Below, piece after piece: positions 27,561 to 41,750 of a stretch of 64,000 nucleotides of DNA. Below the pieces are notes generated by a model. It was not told where the DNA came from. It ran no database searches and saw only the letters and a list, made by a program, of their open reading frames with translations. A program made the translations under genes and the position numbers. Source of the DNA: Eledone cirrhosa (taxonomy: Eukaryota); contig OZ024742.1 of assembly GCA_964016885.1 (NCBI GenBank), forward strand, positions 34,534,001 through 34,598,000. The letters run 5' to 3'. Position 1 is the first letter of the stretch. Every line of letters begins with the position of its first letter.

Positions 27561-29191
27561 TAAAATGATACATGACATACCCTGACATGTTAGATGGTTA
27601 AGATTTAATCAAGGTAGTGATTAACTTATGACAAAAACTCAATATTTATACCCTAATATTGAGAACATGCGAAAACGTAATAGAATCAATAGAGAGGGTG
27701 TGAGTAAGAAAAACATCGCCTTAATGCAACAGTTAGAGAGTTTTTAAAGCCTGAAATACTACTATAGGACTATAGAGGAAGACGTATTTGGAGTTATAAT
27801 TTATTTAGTCTTTAGCTTGAGAATGCAACTGTTAGATAATTAAAGAGGGGGAGAGATAAAGGGGAGTAATTTATGCTCGAATTTTCATCGGACACATATA
27901 AACATATATAGCCGTCGCGGTTAAATTTCAAAATATTTAATTTATGTTATTTTAGGGTAAAAATCAAAATTTTAGGTTTTAAAAGTTGATGGTTATTTGT
28001 ATTACTTTTATAAATTTTATAAATTTTATAAATGTGTTGAATTTCTAAAATTCAAAGTTTTATGAAAACGAATTTAAAGGATTTACTAAGCCCGCAAACG
28101 AAATATATATACTGTTCAATATTCTCACAAAGGTAATCTTTAACAAAATTACTTGTAACTGTGACAGCATTTTCCGTATGTATAGTTATGCTTCGCATAA
28201 GTTCAGGAAAAGCAGTAAGCAACCAAGCCTGGTTCTTAGACGTACATCATCAGCTGTTGAAAATATAAATTTAATTGCTTATAAAACTTTAATAATGCTT
28301 TATCTTCTAATCATTTATAATGGAAATAATGTTTGACTGAATAACATTTGTTTAATAACATGTTGGCAAGTTGATATACATAATCTATAGCTTTTGGGAT
28401 ATTCTTAACTTTGATTAAGACCTTTATTTTTCTATCTCTGATTTAAATATAGTTTAGATATCTAACTTGTAAATTTTACTGACCTTAATTTGAACTGTGG
28501 ATCATTCATGCGTTTACATTTTTTATATATATGTATTTTATATATATGTGTGTATTTTACTCATTTGCGGATGGGTTTTGAAGACTTAGAAAATTGGCTT
28601 TGTTTTTTATCTATTTTTTTTATGTATTTTACGTATTTTTAGTAAACAAAGTTGGCAGTCAAATATTGGTTTATATCTCCACTAAACTGGAAGTTAGACA
28701 GCTAACAGTGTTTTTAATCAATATGTTTTATTGGATATATGCTGTCTTATTTATTTCTAGTATATCAATGTATGGTTTGTGCAAATACCTTTACCTAGTC
28801 TAATAACATAAGCGTAGTTATGCATGTATGAAACTACTATCAAAGACCTTAATCGTTATTCTTTACTAAATGTATACCGTCTCATTAATACTTAGTATAT
28901 CTCTCTATATATTGTTTGTGCAAATATGTTTATATTATATAATGAAATAATCATGATTATACTTCGGTATATCTCTGTATATAGTTTTGTGCAAATATGT
29001 TTACAATGTATAATTAAATAAATCATAATTATAGTTCGGTATAACTCTATATATAGTTTGTGCAAATATATTTATATAGTATAATAACATAATCGTAATT
29101 AGAGTTCGGTCTTCCCTAGAAGGTAGAACTAAGGTAGTGATTTAATATAATATATGAACAAATAATTAAAAAAATAATAATTTATAGCCCT

Positions 29192-29260
<69 letters not shown>

Positions 29261-29264
<4 letters not shown>

Positions 29265-29798
29265 TTAAGTCGTTTGGAAGCCTCGACAATGCAAATGGGT
29301 AAATCTCCGGGTAACAAGGTCCGGTGGTGGAGAGAGAGATGTAAGTGGGTGTACGTTGAGATGCGTGGTGTGTATAAGATGTGTGAGATGTGTAGAATGA
29401 AGGGAAGAGTATAACGGATAAAATAAAAATAACAACACAAGAGAGAGTTACCTTGGGAGAGATTTAATAGTCCCTATATATTTCGGATTCACATCCATCA
29501 ACTGGAGTTTTTTCCGGGGTGGGGGAAAATATATAGGGACTATTAAATCTCTCCCAAGGTAACTCTCTCTTGTGTTGTTATTTCTATTTTATCCTTTATA
29601 CTCTTCCCTTCATTCTACACATCTCACACATCTTATACACACCACGCATCTCAACGTACACCCACTTACATCTCTCTCTCCACCACCGGACCTTGTTACC
29701 CGGAGATTTACCCAGTTGCATTGTCGAGGCTTCCAAACGACTTAAAGATATTTACTTATTGTTCCACAATGCTTCAAGCAAACTTCAATACTCTCTTA
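29261..29798. mobile_element. Fold-back solo pLTR of the 50351-54575 PLE family
   Basis: Inverted arms about 29261-29482 and 29528-29750 match the pLTR; (TA)n on both sides. Confidence 0.88.
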
Positions 29799-30113
29799 TA
29801 TATATATATATATATACACTTTTTTTCTATTTTTCTATTTGCTTACTTATTTATTTATATGTGTGTATGTATGCTTGCATGTATGTGTATGGACATACGT
29901 GTATGGTTACATTGTTTATATTTGTGCATGTATAACAGGATGCATCCTTCCATGGATGACCCTGTATGACCTTTTGTGCAGATTTATATGACTGTGAGTA
30001 TATCACATTGGGGTACGGACATAGATATATACATGCGTGCGCATATCTTCTTTGTGGATGTACGTAGACACGGAGGTAATTGGGCGCGTATTTGTTGAAT
30101 TGCACATGAGCCA

Positions 30114-30146
<33 letters not shown>

Positions 30147-30859
30147 CACCTATATAGAGCAGGGTTTGTTTGTATGTTTATGTGCGTGTACATATACATA
30201 TGTGTAGATATATATACATGTATGTATGTATCTTTGTGTCTTTGGAAGTGTGTCTGTCCTTGTGCCTATCAATAAGGACAGGCGAGTATGTGTGCGTGTG
30301 TGTGTATATGTATATGTCTGTGCGTGTTTGTGTATATGTGGAGATATACGCGAACGCTTATATGTGTCCTTGTGCGTGTGCGTGTGTGTCCTTGTGCGTG
30401 TGTGCGTGTGAAACCGGATGTATGGGGGTATATAGGCAGGTGCCAGTGGACGTATGTGTTGGTGTGTATATGGTTGTGTGTGTGTGTGGATGTGTGTAAG
30501 AGAGGGAGTGTGTGTGTATATGTATATGGGTGTGTATGTCGACACATGTGTGCGTGCATATGTGTATGCATATATATGTATGTGTCTGTGTGTATGTGTA
30601 TGTGTATTTATATGTGTGTGTGTATGCGTGGGTATATATTTGTGAATATGAGCGGACGTGTGAGATACCAAACCCAGCATGACTCCATTTAAGTGTGTCG
30701 GACGGAGAGTAGCTGATGACCAGTGTGGCAGAAAATATTGACCATAATTTATGATGACGTAGAAAAACAACAGCCAATGGCAAGACAAGAGTGGAAGATG
30801 TTTTTTGAAGGGTTTTTTTAAGCTAACACCCCAGTGAGAAAATTTGCTCCGAAAGCATT

Positions 30860-30953
30860 GCATGTGTTCGAGCAACCCGCAGTTATAGAATCAGGCAGAT
30901 CCATACAATGATCATGTCTCGAGCTATCTGCCGGCGAAACAATTGTAACACGC
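30860..30953 (+). ncRNA. Degenerate hammerhead (core mutated to TCGAGCA), family of 26279-26377
   Basis: Same stems and GAAAC-aatt-GUA-acacgc, but the core is decayed. Confidence 0.45.
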
Positions 30954-33649
30954 AATAAACTGACATAGATACCCCTTGTGTGAAGGTTACATGAAGGAAC
31001 CGGGCCCTGCAAGAATTATGAGCCAAAGCATTCTCCAGTCATTCTCTATCTTTTGGTATATGACTGGGCAAGCATGATAATGTTGTTCTATGTATTCCTT
31101 AAACTTATTCATACTAACCCAGCTGAAATCCCCCAGAGACTATGGTTTAAAGAGCGTTTTGAAAAGTTCATACTATTGCAATACTTCATTATAATTTTTT
31201 CAAAGAATCTTTCCTTTGCAGCCAAACAACAGCTTAATGACAAGAAATTTAGTTATTTTACTAAATTGCTCGAATTTTTTTATTATTTTCAAAATTAAGT
31301 GAAAATCAAAAATATTGCAAAAACAAAAGGTTAGACAGTGGGGATATTGACAGCTGGTATGTTATTGATCATGGATTTAGTCGATCAGGATTGGTAAGTA
31401 AGGTAAAAGGCCTTTAGCTTCTGTTTAAATCGTAAGTGCACTTTCCAGACACATATGTCTTGGGCATTTTAAATCCGACAAAGCCCACCTCTCTTCAAGT
31501 CAGAATAAAACCGATTTATCTCTGAGAAAGAAACAGGACAGAATCTACGCAATACAGGAATTGTACTTTAATTATCGACCTCGAAGGAATGAAAGGCAAC
31601 GGGATTTTAAGTCAGATTGTAGATAGCCAGAAAACATACGGAACTATTTTTTATCCAACGCCCTAACGGCCAATTCATCGCCTCCAACTCAGGATTGGCC
31701 TGGGATTAACCAGTAATATCATCGGCAATGATTTCCGTAAAACAACACTGAAGTATCTTATCTATTTAAAGAGAGATTCATCTCTGTTATTTTCAACTGT
31801 TAACGAAATAAGGAAGAAATATCCCTGCATTGTGTCTATGGTAACGGTATTAAAATATACCAACATCAGAGTCTGTTTAACTCTACTTAATTCATGTAGA
31901 GTATCATGTTGATGATGATGGAACCTCCATGTTTGATTAACTGAATATCCGACTCATTAAATTAACTTGTAAGTTGCTGAGTATTGAACAAGCAATTGTA
32001 TCCTTTTATATTATATATTATATTGCTAATCAACTAACTAAAAATGGCGCCGTTTAAAACATTGAGTGTGTAATGAAGTATTAAGAAATATTTGCAACAA
32101 GAACACTTTTTAATAAGATAATGAGCGTTTCAATTCGTTTGTATATCAACTTTGTTTTCATTTTATTTGGCATTTAGTTTTCTTTATATTATATTATATC
32201 ATCTTATATCACATCACATTATATTACATTATTCTCGGAGTTATGCAGGTGTCATGGAATATTTTTGACCGAGAAAACCTGACGGCTACTGTTGAAATAA
32301 GATGAGAAAAAGAGGTAATAAAGTAAAAAGAAAGAAAGAAACAATGAATGAAATAGAATAGAAGGAAGAAGGAATGAGGAGATGAAGTAATTTTTTAATG
32401 GTATAAAACGAAACAGCGAAACTGTGAGGGAGAGAGGGAAAGAGAGAGGGGGAATCAGGTAGAGAGACGGAGAGATATATAGAGAGATGTATGAGAGAAA
32501 GATATTGGGATAGAGAGGGGGATGAAGATACAGAGAGGGAGACGGAGGCGCTGACAGAAATGGTGAAAGAAAGAAAAATGTGAATAGAACTAAGGAAATA
32601 AAGAGGAAATGATATGTTGTTATTATTGATGGTGGTAATAGTGATGATGGTGGTGGTGATGGTGGTGGTGGTGGCGGTAGTGGTAGTGGTGGTGATGGCG
32701 ATGATGATGATTGTGGTGGTGATGGTGAAGGTAGGTGGTGGTCGTGGTGGTGGTGCTGCTGCTGATGGTAGTAATGGTGATGGTGGTGGTGATAGTGGCG
32801 GGGATATGCAGTAGTAGTAGTCGTAGTAGTATGGTATTTTGTATTTGGATACCCCATTGTAACTATTTCACTCGAAGAACAACACACATTCTTTAAGTCT
32901 TATGATTAGTGAAGGGAGAAATTCATCATCGGTTGAGACTAATTGCCTTGTGATGTTTAAATACTTAAGAGATCAATTTCAACATAATGAAGTACTAGTC
33001 AAACACTGAGTGAAAGCGTGAAGCCTAGTGGTAAGAATGTTGAACCCACGATCATAAGGTCAAACATTCGATTCCTTTAGTGAAAAGCAACACTGTGTTA
33101 TTGAACAAGACGCTTTATTTCACGTTGTGGAATTGTGTCTAAATTAATAGACATTATTATTTTTTATGTTAACTTTGCCTTTCATCCTTACGGGGTCGAT
33201 AAAATAAAGTACCAGTAATGCACTGAGTAATTGCTAGCCTTGTGCCAAAAGTAGAAACAATTATGTTTTATGTTACTACTCATCATGTGATTAATCTCGC
33301 CTTTTGTCCCCCGGGAGCCGTTAAAATAAAACAGCAGTCAATTATGAGAGGCCACTTAATAGATTGACATCACTCCACAAAGTTCTAACAAGCCTATATT
33401 TGAAATAATAATAATAATATAATGTGGATTCCTTTTATTAGCCACACGGGGTTCACATTAAGAAAACATTAAAAACGGCAAAGGACGATACGGTATGGGT
33501 GTTTGTAAATTAAGATTTATAACAGAGACTAAGAAAATAAACATTTAAGAAATTCCTCAAAATGAAATATGACATGTCAGTATGGAATACAAATCTATCA
33601 GTGTCACACTCATTGAACTATGAACTCCAGCAGCATAGGCATTAACTGT

Positions 33650-34720
33650 GGTATATTTCAAAATGATTCGTTTTCTCCTCTGAATGTTTGCATTGCACTC
33701 ATACCAGTGTCTCTAACACTCAACAAAACAAAATATGGCTATAAAATATACAGTGACTCTATAAATCACCTGTTTGGCTTGAAACTGTATCCCCTAAATG
33801 ATAGCTGTTGAAGACAGTTAAAGTATTCAGCGATGCTGTAGGGGTGGAGTTTTTATTGAAATATGTGCAACAGTAACAGTAAAAAAAAGTCAGATTAACA
33901 AGCACAAAGCCAATGAAAATAGATGTGAATCCAATAAGTAAGGAATTAGAAGAGCAACACATATACAGGTATCTAGGGTTGAATGATTGTAAAGGTAATC
34001 ACCACGCTAGCATGAAAGGCAGAATTAGCAAGGAATGCTACCGGAGAGTACGTACTGTCACAAGAACTGAGCTCAACTCCAAAATAAAATATCTGCCTTA
34101 AATGCGCTTTCAATCACAGTTGCCACCTACAGTTTCAGTATCATAAACTGGAGCGTTAGGGATAGAGTTACAAAATGGACATCAGAATCATGAAACTCCT
34201 GATATTTAATAAACTACAACACTCAAAGAAGATGCGGGTCGTTTCTATCGCCCTAGACAAAACGGAGGTAGAGGAATGATCCAGCTTAAGCTGTCATGCA
34301 AAATATCAACCATTGGACTTGAACAATACCTTAAAACTACAGATGACAGGATGAAAATGATTGCAGATCCTGAAAGGGAAACGAGGTTACATTCAATCAC
34401 AAAGGTAAGTAGGAAGTTTGCGGAAGAAAACGGAATACATTTTTTAAATGATGGCGGTTCTGTAACTAAAGTTCGAAATGTTGGTAAAATATGGTCAACG
34501 GAAACTGTTCATAAATGGGAGCAAATATCAATGTATGTGCAGTATCTTTTCCGTAGCAAAGATCCTGATGTAGGTCGAACTCTTACTCATCAGGCCCTAT
34601 GGATTTATTGGCTAAAGCCCGAGAGTAAGGGCTTCAATTTGGTTGCACAAGACAAGTGTCTTTCAATGTGAAACTTTCAAGCCAATGTGATACGAAATGG
34701 AATTGACCCTAAGTATCGAT
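33650..34720 (+). pseudogene. Decayed R4/Dong-like LINE RT fragment
   Basis: LNKTKYGY..INHLF, YRYLG, CYRRVR..TELNSK, GGRGM, LKPESKGF..AQD, broken by stops and frameshifts. Confidence 0.72.
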
Positions 34721-36291
34721 GAGCATGCTTAGACCATTGATACCGCTAAAGGCACAACGGTTAAACCAGGTAACAGTTGAAATCCGCCAGCTAAGGAGGC
34801 TACATAAAGTATGCAAAGAGACAGAAAAAAATAACACATATTCTATTTGACGCTCTAACGATTTTACCAGTCTACCACTGTAAAGAAATATTTATTTATT
34901 AACCCGGAAGGAATGAACGATGAGGTTGGCTTTGGCGGGGTTTAAACTCAAAACGCAAGGAGGCGGAATAAATACACGACGGTGCACACAAACACATACA
35001 CACCCAAACATATACACACCCAAACACATACACAACCAAACACATACACACTCAAACACATAGACACAATCGACAGGTTTTTGTCCAGTTCACGTCAACC
35101 AAATTTCACTCACAATATATTGGTCAGTACGAGTTTATGGTAGAATACACATGCCTGAAGCAAAGTGCCACGTAGTGGGATCGAACAGTGAAACGCGTAG
35201 TTTCGACATGAACTTCTCAACCACACTGGTATTTTCTGTGGATGTATGCACATTTTCCGCTCAGTGATTATCCAGTAAGTTTACCTGCCTTGCAGGATAC
35301 TTGAACGATACTTGATCGACATGTAAAATCTCTCTAAGACACTCAAAATTTCTCAAATAACATTTAAGTCGTAAACGACGACTCATTGTCTGTTTAAGGA
35401 TTATACATTATCTGAACGGGTTATATTGAATAAAGATCGGACAGACACTAAGTCAATGATGTTTTATTATATTCATCGTGCATTTATATTTTTATTGGAT
35501 TTATCTGAATGAAGAGGTTATATCTATAGCTGTTATAGGCCCTCCGAGACTGACAGGATTGACGTGGAGAATCTTTATCTTTGTTACAACACTCAATTTT
35601 GTTCAATTACACACCAATGAATATGGTTTAGTATTCCACAGTTCCTAACAAAAAATCGGTGCTAATTTTTATATATATAGAATTTTGTCGAGCTTTTTAC
35701 ATGCCGAGTAAATCTGGCTGCTATTTCTAGTAACCTACGTTTTACAACACACGCTAGCCACTGAATGCCATGTGCGTTTTTTTCTCTCTTAAAACACGCG
35801 CTTCATTTAGTCTTCTAAGAAATTTAGAGGTGAAGGGTTTACTAATCTGTACGTCCACTAAAGAGCAATCGGATTTGTAACTCTCTCCACTTTGTTGTGA
35901 AACAGTTCTACCTAAGGCTGTCTGGATGTGTTGACAGTCCGTGGCGGCCTGGCCAGGTTGCCTGGTTGCCCAATGTCAGCTGGGCCACAGAGGGCCCACG
36001 GTGGCATTGCAAGAGCCCACAGTAGCATTGCAGGGCCCACTGTAGTATTTTAGGGGCCAATGCTTTGCTTTCAAAAATTACCTGAAATCTAAGAGAAACA
36101 ATAAAAATTGTTTAAATAAATCAAACAATTAAGCAAAGCATTTGGTCAACCAATTGACCAGGGAATTACTAGAAACCAAAATATACGGTAGTGCAAATAG
36201 CTGGGATCAGTGGTTGTACATTCTACTAAATCTAAAGCTTTGTGTATTCATCCATGCATGCAAACATATATATATAGACACAGACACACAA

Positions 36292-36324
<33 letters not shown>

Positions 36325-37065
36325 TATGTTTCTTTTATTTGCCACCAGGGCATCAAAAGTGGGACAAGTACAATGGGGGGAGTTTACAAAACAAGGCGTC
36401 CTCAATAAGGAGGAGGCAATAACAAAATATAAAAATAAAATAAAATATAACAATAAAATTTATAACAAAATCCTCAATAGAGAGGAGGCGCCTTGGGGGG
36501 TCGCACACACCCCCGAAAAAAAGTGTGCAACCCTTTTCCTCAGGAGCACAGAGAAGGGGTGCTCCCTTGGTCTTTCATCTTCCTCACCTATAGTCTGATG
36601 TAGAGTGAAGGCCCATTCACACGGGCCATTCTCGCCACTTTCACCCATCTTTCATAAAAACGGCTGGGGTGCAGCACCTCTCTCTCCATCCTGATCCTTC
36701 TTCCGAAATGATATCGGAAGAAACGGACCAGCTGTTGGCCAGAGAGAAAGGTGTCTGACCTCAGTCCTTTCAGACGCGTCCACCATACAACCTCTTTCGC
36801 CATGGCTATTACGCACAGAAACACCGCCTCTCCTTCGTTTTTGAAGAGGGGAGGCGGCTTGATCGTTACAATAGACTCGGTGGTCAACCGGATCGGTCCC
36901 ACCCTTGACAGCAGTTGTTCGACATAGCCCCACAGATCGGCAATGCCCGAGCAGTGTACCAATGCGTGTGCAACGGTTTCCTCGTCGCACACGCATCTGG
37001 GACAGATCTTTTTCGAGGGGTCCCTACCCGGGCGCCCGTGTCTGTAGAGCCTTTCTCGATACAAC
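36325..37065 (-). mobile_element. 3' fragment of a Tx1/L1-like LINE (CCHC zinc-finger tail) in a microsatellite
   Basis: CPRC...EETVAHALVHC...LW motif in ORF 36588-37079; 3' UTR ends aataaaagaa next to (TA)n. Confidence 0.72.
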
Positions 37066-37361
37066 ACACACACACACATATATATATATATGTGTGTGTG
37101 TTAGGTCACTCTTGAGTGCTACTGGTAACATGTAAACCAGTACAACCTGTCGCATGGTCAGGTCGGGTCGTCGGCGACTAAACTGGAAACCATACCAAGT
37201 TTACTTGGTGAGAATGGTGATTTTGGACACCATGCAGGACAAAAAACAAAACCTGACAAAGGGCGGAAGAACTCATAAAAGTCAACGGCCATCCTAGAAT
37301 GTGTAATAATGTATATACACATATACATATGTATGTGTATGTATATGCGTGTGTATATGAC

Positions 37362-38060
37362 TGGGGTGTTAAGGAGGGGCATGTACCTCTGTAGAGAGGG
37401 CTAGCCATGCCCTTTTCGTCCTGCATTGGGTCCCACCTGACACTCAGCTCTCACCTGTGGCCCCAAGAAGCTGTAACATGCGACAGCAGCCACACCACGG
37501 TAAACCGCCTTGGCTGGCGGGTCGAACCAGGTTGTGTGTAGCCGGACGGGTCTGACCCTCCCCCCCGGTGAGTTAGATAGGGGATGCCTGCCCCTGCATT
37601 CGACGACTGGACCCAGCAGAGTGAGTGGAGGAGGACAACATCGTCCCAATGGTCACAGAGACGGCGACAGAAAGCGGTGTGGAGTGCTAGGGCACGACAA
37701 GGCACTACAGACGTCGTGGCCATCCACAGCATCCAAGGAAGTACCTGGTCGTGACGGTCCTCCGTACCACCGGATTCTGGCTTCTGCAGCCCAGTGAGTT
37801 GTACCGTCACTGTGCACTGGCCCTCCCACTATAAACCTTTCCTGCACAGGTTTCTTCTTTAGCGAGCACTCCCAAAGCCCTGCGGCGATGGGCGAGAGGT
37901 GGAGGTAACAGGTGAGGGTAACCTCTGGGAGTTGCCAGTCTGACTCCGGTCTCTTCCCCTGCCCCCACTGTCCCCGGACTTGCAAGTCAAGGATCGGCCT
38001 CCACAGTCACCTTCGTGCCCACGGTAGACGGGAACAACAATAAAGAAGATGTCATCATCG
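37362..38060 (+). mobile_element. RTE-like non-autonomous element (GC-rich 5' UTR-like region joined to a short tail)
   Basis: GC-rich island containing ctcagctctcacctgtggc...catgcgacagc.gccacacc and cctgcggcga.gggcgag, which I recall from RTE 5' UTRs. No RT ORF. Confidence 0.45.
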
Positions 38061-38334
38061 TTTACAATGGACAACCAAGATATATATATATTGAGTGAGT
38101 GTGAAAGACCAAAGGTCATTATTGAAATTCTCTGGATTTCGCAAAAAAAAAAAATTTTATGGAGAAGGTAAGATATTTTTCCGCAATAAGTTGATTGCAC
38201 TGTTTTGTTACCACTTATGTTTTTATTGAACATTTTGTTTATTCATTATAAAAATCAAATGATAGCATTCTATATGTAGGTGGGCCCCTTTCATCTGGCA
38301 ACCAATATTTTTGGACCTAGTCCACCACTGTATA

Positions 38335-39260
38335 TCTATATATATAAAACTGTGGTTGTCTGTCTGTCTATCGATTTTTGGCACACATCTCCTCTTAGAA
38401 TCTCTCACGGAATTGCACCGAAATTGCTATACTTGTACATTGAGCCCTAGCGAAGACATCGGAAAAAAAAAATTTCAAATTGACCCGCCCTATGTGACGA
38501 AATCGAATATAATGTATCGATTTTTGAGCGTAAGTTATCAGTTATTTCCCTTTGTTCTGTTTACATTGAGCGTCTTACGTAAAAAATTACGCTGGCTTTC
38601 TCAGCGTTTAAAATGACATTTGCAAAATTCATCAGTTCGAACACTAAGCTTCCGTTTTGCTTCATTTCCATTTAAAAGCATTTTAAAACAATATTTTTAC
38701 TTGAAAACAAGTCTATTTAAAGACTACGTAAAACAAGCAAATATTTCGTCGTTAGGCGTGCAGACAGACAGTCGTGCAGAGAGGTGATATACGCGTGCAG
38801 ACAGATAGTCGTGCAGAGAGGTGATATAGGCGTGCAGACAGACAGTCGTGCAGAGAGGTGATATAGGCGTGCAGACAGACAGTCGTGCAGAGAGGTGATA
38901 TAGGCGTGCAGACAGACAGTCGTGCAGAGAGGTGATATAGGCGTGCAGACAGACATAACTGATAATTTGGTTACGCTAATGTTTTTCTCTGCGTTGCAGT
39001 GTTTACATTTTCGATCTTTGTTAATAAATAACCAGTGCAGTTTCTATCCCCAGCATCCTCTTTTGTTATAACATTCGGGTTATCGTTATGTTTTCTTAAC
39101 TTCATAAGGCATATTGTTGGTTGAGGGAATATTAATCAAAAACACCACATGCAAGTCTGCACAGTAGACACTACAGTTTTTAAGCCAAGAAAGAAACTTA
39201 ACATTGTAACTTTAACACAGCTACTGAGCGACCCCGAGCAACGCCGGGCTTTACTGCTAG
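38335..39260 (+). mobile_element. Non-autonomous Helitron
   Basis: 5' TCTATATATATAAA; 3' GC-rich hairpin cccgagcaacgccggg followed by CTAG; inserted between A and T. Confidence 0.78.
38753..38955. repeat. 37-bp minisatellite (about 5.5 copies) inside the Helitron
   Basis: Unit taggcgtgcagacagacagtcgtgcagagaggtgata. Confidence 0.9.
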
Positions 39261-39264
39261 TATA

Positions 39265-40138
39265 TCTATATATATAAAGTTGTAGTTCCTGTCTGTTTGT
39301 TTGTTTGTTCACGAACTCCTCCTATGGTTTTGGAATAGACCCCCATAACCACATATATTCTGAAACTACATTGCCAGGGTACTTGGATAAGTATATTTCA
39401 TTTTACCCAAACGGTTCCCCGGGGCACAAACCCCCGCTGAAAATGTTTTCCCTTCGATTTATATGAAATTTAAACCATGGGTAACTGACAAGATATGATG
39501 CCTATTCACAAAAGTTTTGAATTGATATTTTGAAAAAAGTTTTTTACAAGAAACAAAATAAGAATAAGATTTAATAATGTAATTTTGATTTGATATATTA
39601 CAAAAAATAATTGTTTCTACTTTTGGCACAAGGCCAGATATATTACAAAAAATAATTGTTTCTACGTTAGGCACAAGGCTAGCAATTACCCAGTGCATTA
39701 CTGGTACTTTATTTTATCGACCGTAAGGATGAAAGGCAAAGTTAGCCTTGGCGGGATTTGAACTCAGAATGGCAAGGGCCGTAACTGTCCGACCCTGTAC
39801 CAATACTGCCAATCCACCGATTTATATGAAATTTAAACCATAGCTAAATGATAAGATATGATGCCTATTCACAAAAATTTTGAATTGATATTTCGAAAAA
39901 AAAAATGATTTACAAGAAACAAAATAAGAATAAGATTTAATAATGTAATTTTGATTTGATATATTACCAAAAATAATGTTTTCCAATTTTTCATGCATTA
40001 CATTTTACATTGAGTAATATTGAAATGCAGAGTTTTTCTCCATAAATTATATCACTGATTTAAAATCAATCATCATTTTCTTACAAAAAAAAAAAAAAAA
40101 ATGTGTGGAACGTAGCAAGGCGCGGGTAATTCGGCTAG
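39265..40138 (+). mobile_element. Second non-autonomous Helitron, head-to-tail with the first
   Basis: 5' TCTATATATATAAA; 3' cgtagcaaggcgcggg...CTAG. Confidence 0.65.
39610..39818 (-). mobile_element. tRNA-derived SINE (same family) inside a Helitron
   Basis: Matches 7760-7940. Confidence 0.78.
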
Positions 40139-41321
40139 AATATATATAATGCCAATCATTGTAAGTTTGAATCTAACTGACATGCAAAAGTATATATATA
40201 GGAATAAGGTAAGCCCAAATCATAGTAGATTCAAATATCCCCAAGGGAAAGTGAGAGAGAAGGGGGGGGGATGAGGTGCAACAGAAATGAAACATGGATT
40301 ACAGGTTAAAATATAGTCTAGATAGATGTGAAGCAAAACGAAAATATAGTTTATGGAACACCCAAATGATTTAGAAGTCGACCTTAAGTAGGAACAATAA
40401 CATTAAGAAAGACATGAATGACACAACAACACTTTGTTTTGAAAATTTTGAAAGTAAGTTCATAAGTACGAATTTTTTAAAGACATTCGTAGTTGTCGCT
40501 GTGGCCTAGCGGTTGGTACTAGAGACGGTAAAAATCCTGTCCTTGGGTTCAATCCTGGTCAAGAAGTACATATAATCTTTTTCAGTTTTTATTTTACAAC
40601 CCATAGAAAAAAAAACTGAAAAGGTTCACTGGAAACCCTACTCGCGATCAGGATCGAACTTCAGACCAAGATCACCACCGCCTATGAAACCACCAATTCG
40701 GCCACCGAGACAGCTACGAAAGTATAATGAAAATTGATAATTATAAACCTACTTTCAAAATCAAAGTTAAAAAGATGAGGTGTCGTTCATGGCTTTCCAT
40801 GAGCTATTAGTAATATTTAGGGTCGACTTCTGGTCGTTATTGAAAGTCTCTGGATTTCGCAAAACATAATATTTTTATTAGAGATGGTAAGATATTTTTC
40901 CGCAAAAACATGATTGCACTGTTTTGTTTCCACTTATGTATTTTTAGAAAATGTTATTTATTCATTATAAAAATTAAATGATAGCGTTCTATATGTAGCC
41001 CCCCCCCCCCCCCACACACACACACCTTCATCTCTTGGCAACCAATATTTTTAGACCCAGTCGGCCTCTGTTGATAGTTATCATGATTCGGTTTGTATTA
41101 TTTCTTAATTTATTCTTTTAATTTTTGTTCATAGGTAGTATCTTATAGGTAGTATTTTTGTTCATAGGTAGTATCTTATTCACCTTAGAGATTTAGGTCC
41201 CTTATGATTTGAACGCATATATGTATATATCTGTTTGCAGGTATGTATATTTTTGTACGAGTGTATATTAGTGTGTATGTATGTGTCTATGTACACATAT
41301 ATGTGTATGTGTATTTATATT

Positions 41322-41396
<75 letters not shown>

Positions 41397-41750
41397 AGAT
41401 ATATGCGTATATTAATTCGTTAACCTCTGTATTAACTCTACAACTATTGAGCTTTGACAGTGGTCCCACTCATGTATACGGTTGAAGATGAAGAGAAAGA
41501 CTGTAAAAACTAGCTTATCTTTATAATTTAAAATTGATACACACTACGATACTTTTTGCCTTATGACAGCTGGTTTTCACGCTGTAACATTAGATACATT
41601 ATATACCCCCCACCTAAGTAATGTCAGGGTCTCCTTAAATAGTTTATTGATAGCATTGTTGTAATAATTGTTGTTGTTTATTGTTCTAATTGAATGCCAT
41701 AACTACTCCATATTTTCTTTTATTTTCTTGCCTGTGTATTTTCTTCATTC

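Noticed and set aside
32614-32830. Hydrophobic or Pro/His-rich ORFs
   Set aside because: Derived from (GGT/GAT)n trinucleotide repeats.
35503-35555. ctgaatgaagagg...cctccgagac hammerhead
   Set aside because: Both core halves are altered and stems I and III are missing; too degenerate to call.
40490-40562. Functional tRNA gene
   Set aside because: A/B boxes are present but the cloverleaf is decayed, and it is part of an inverted repeat.
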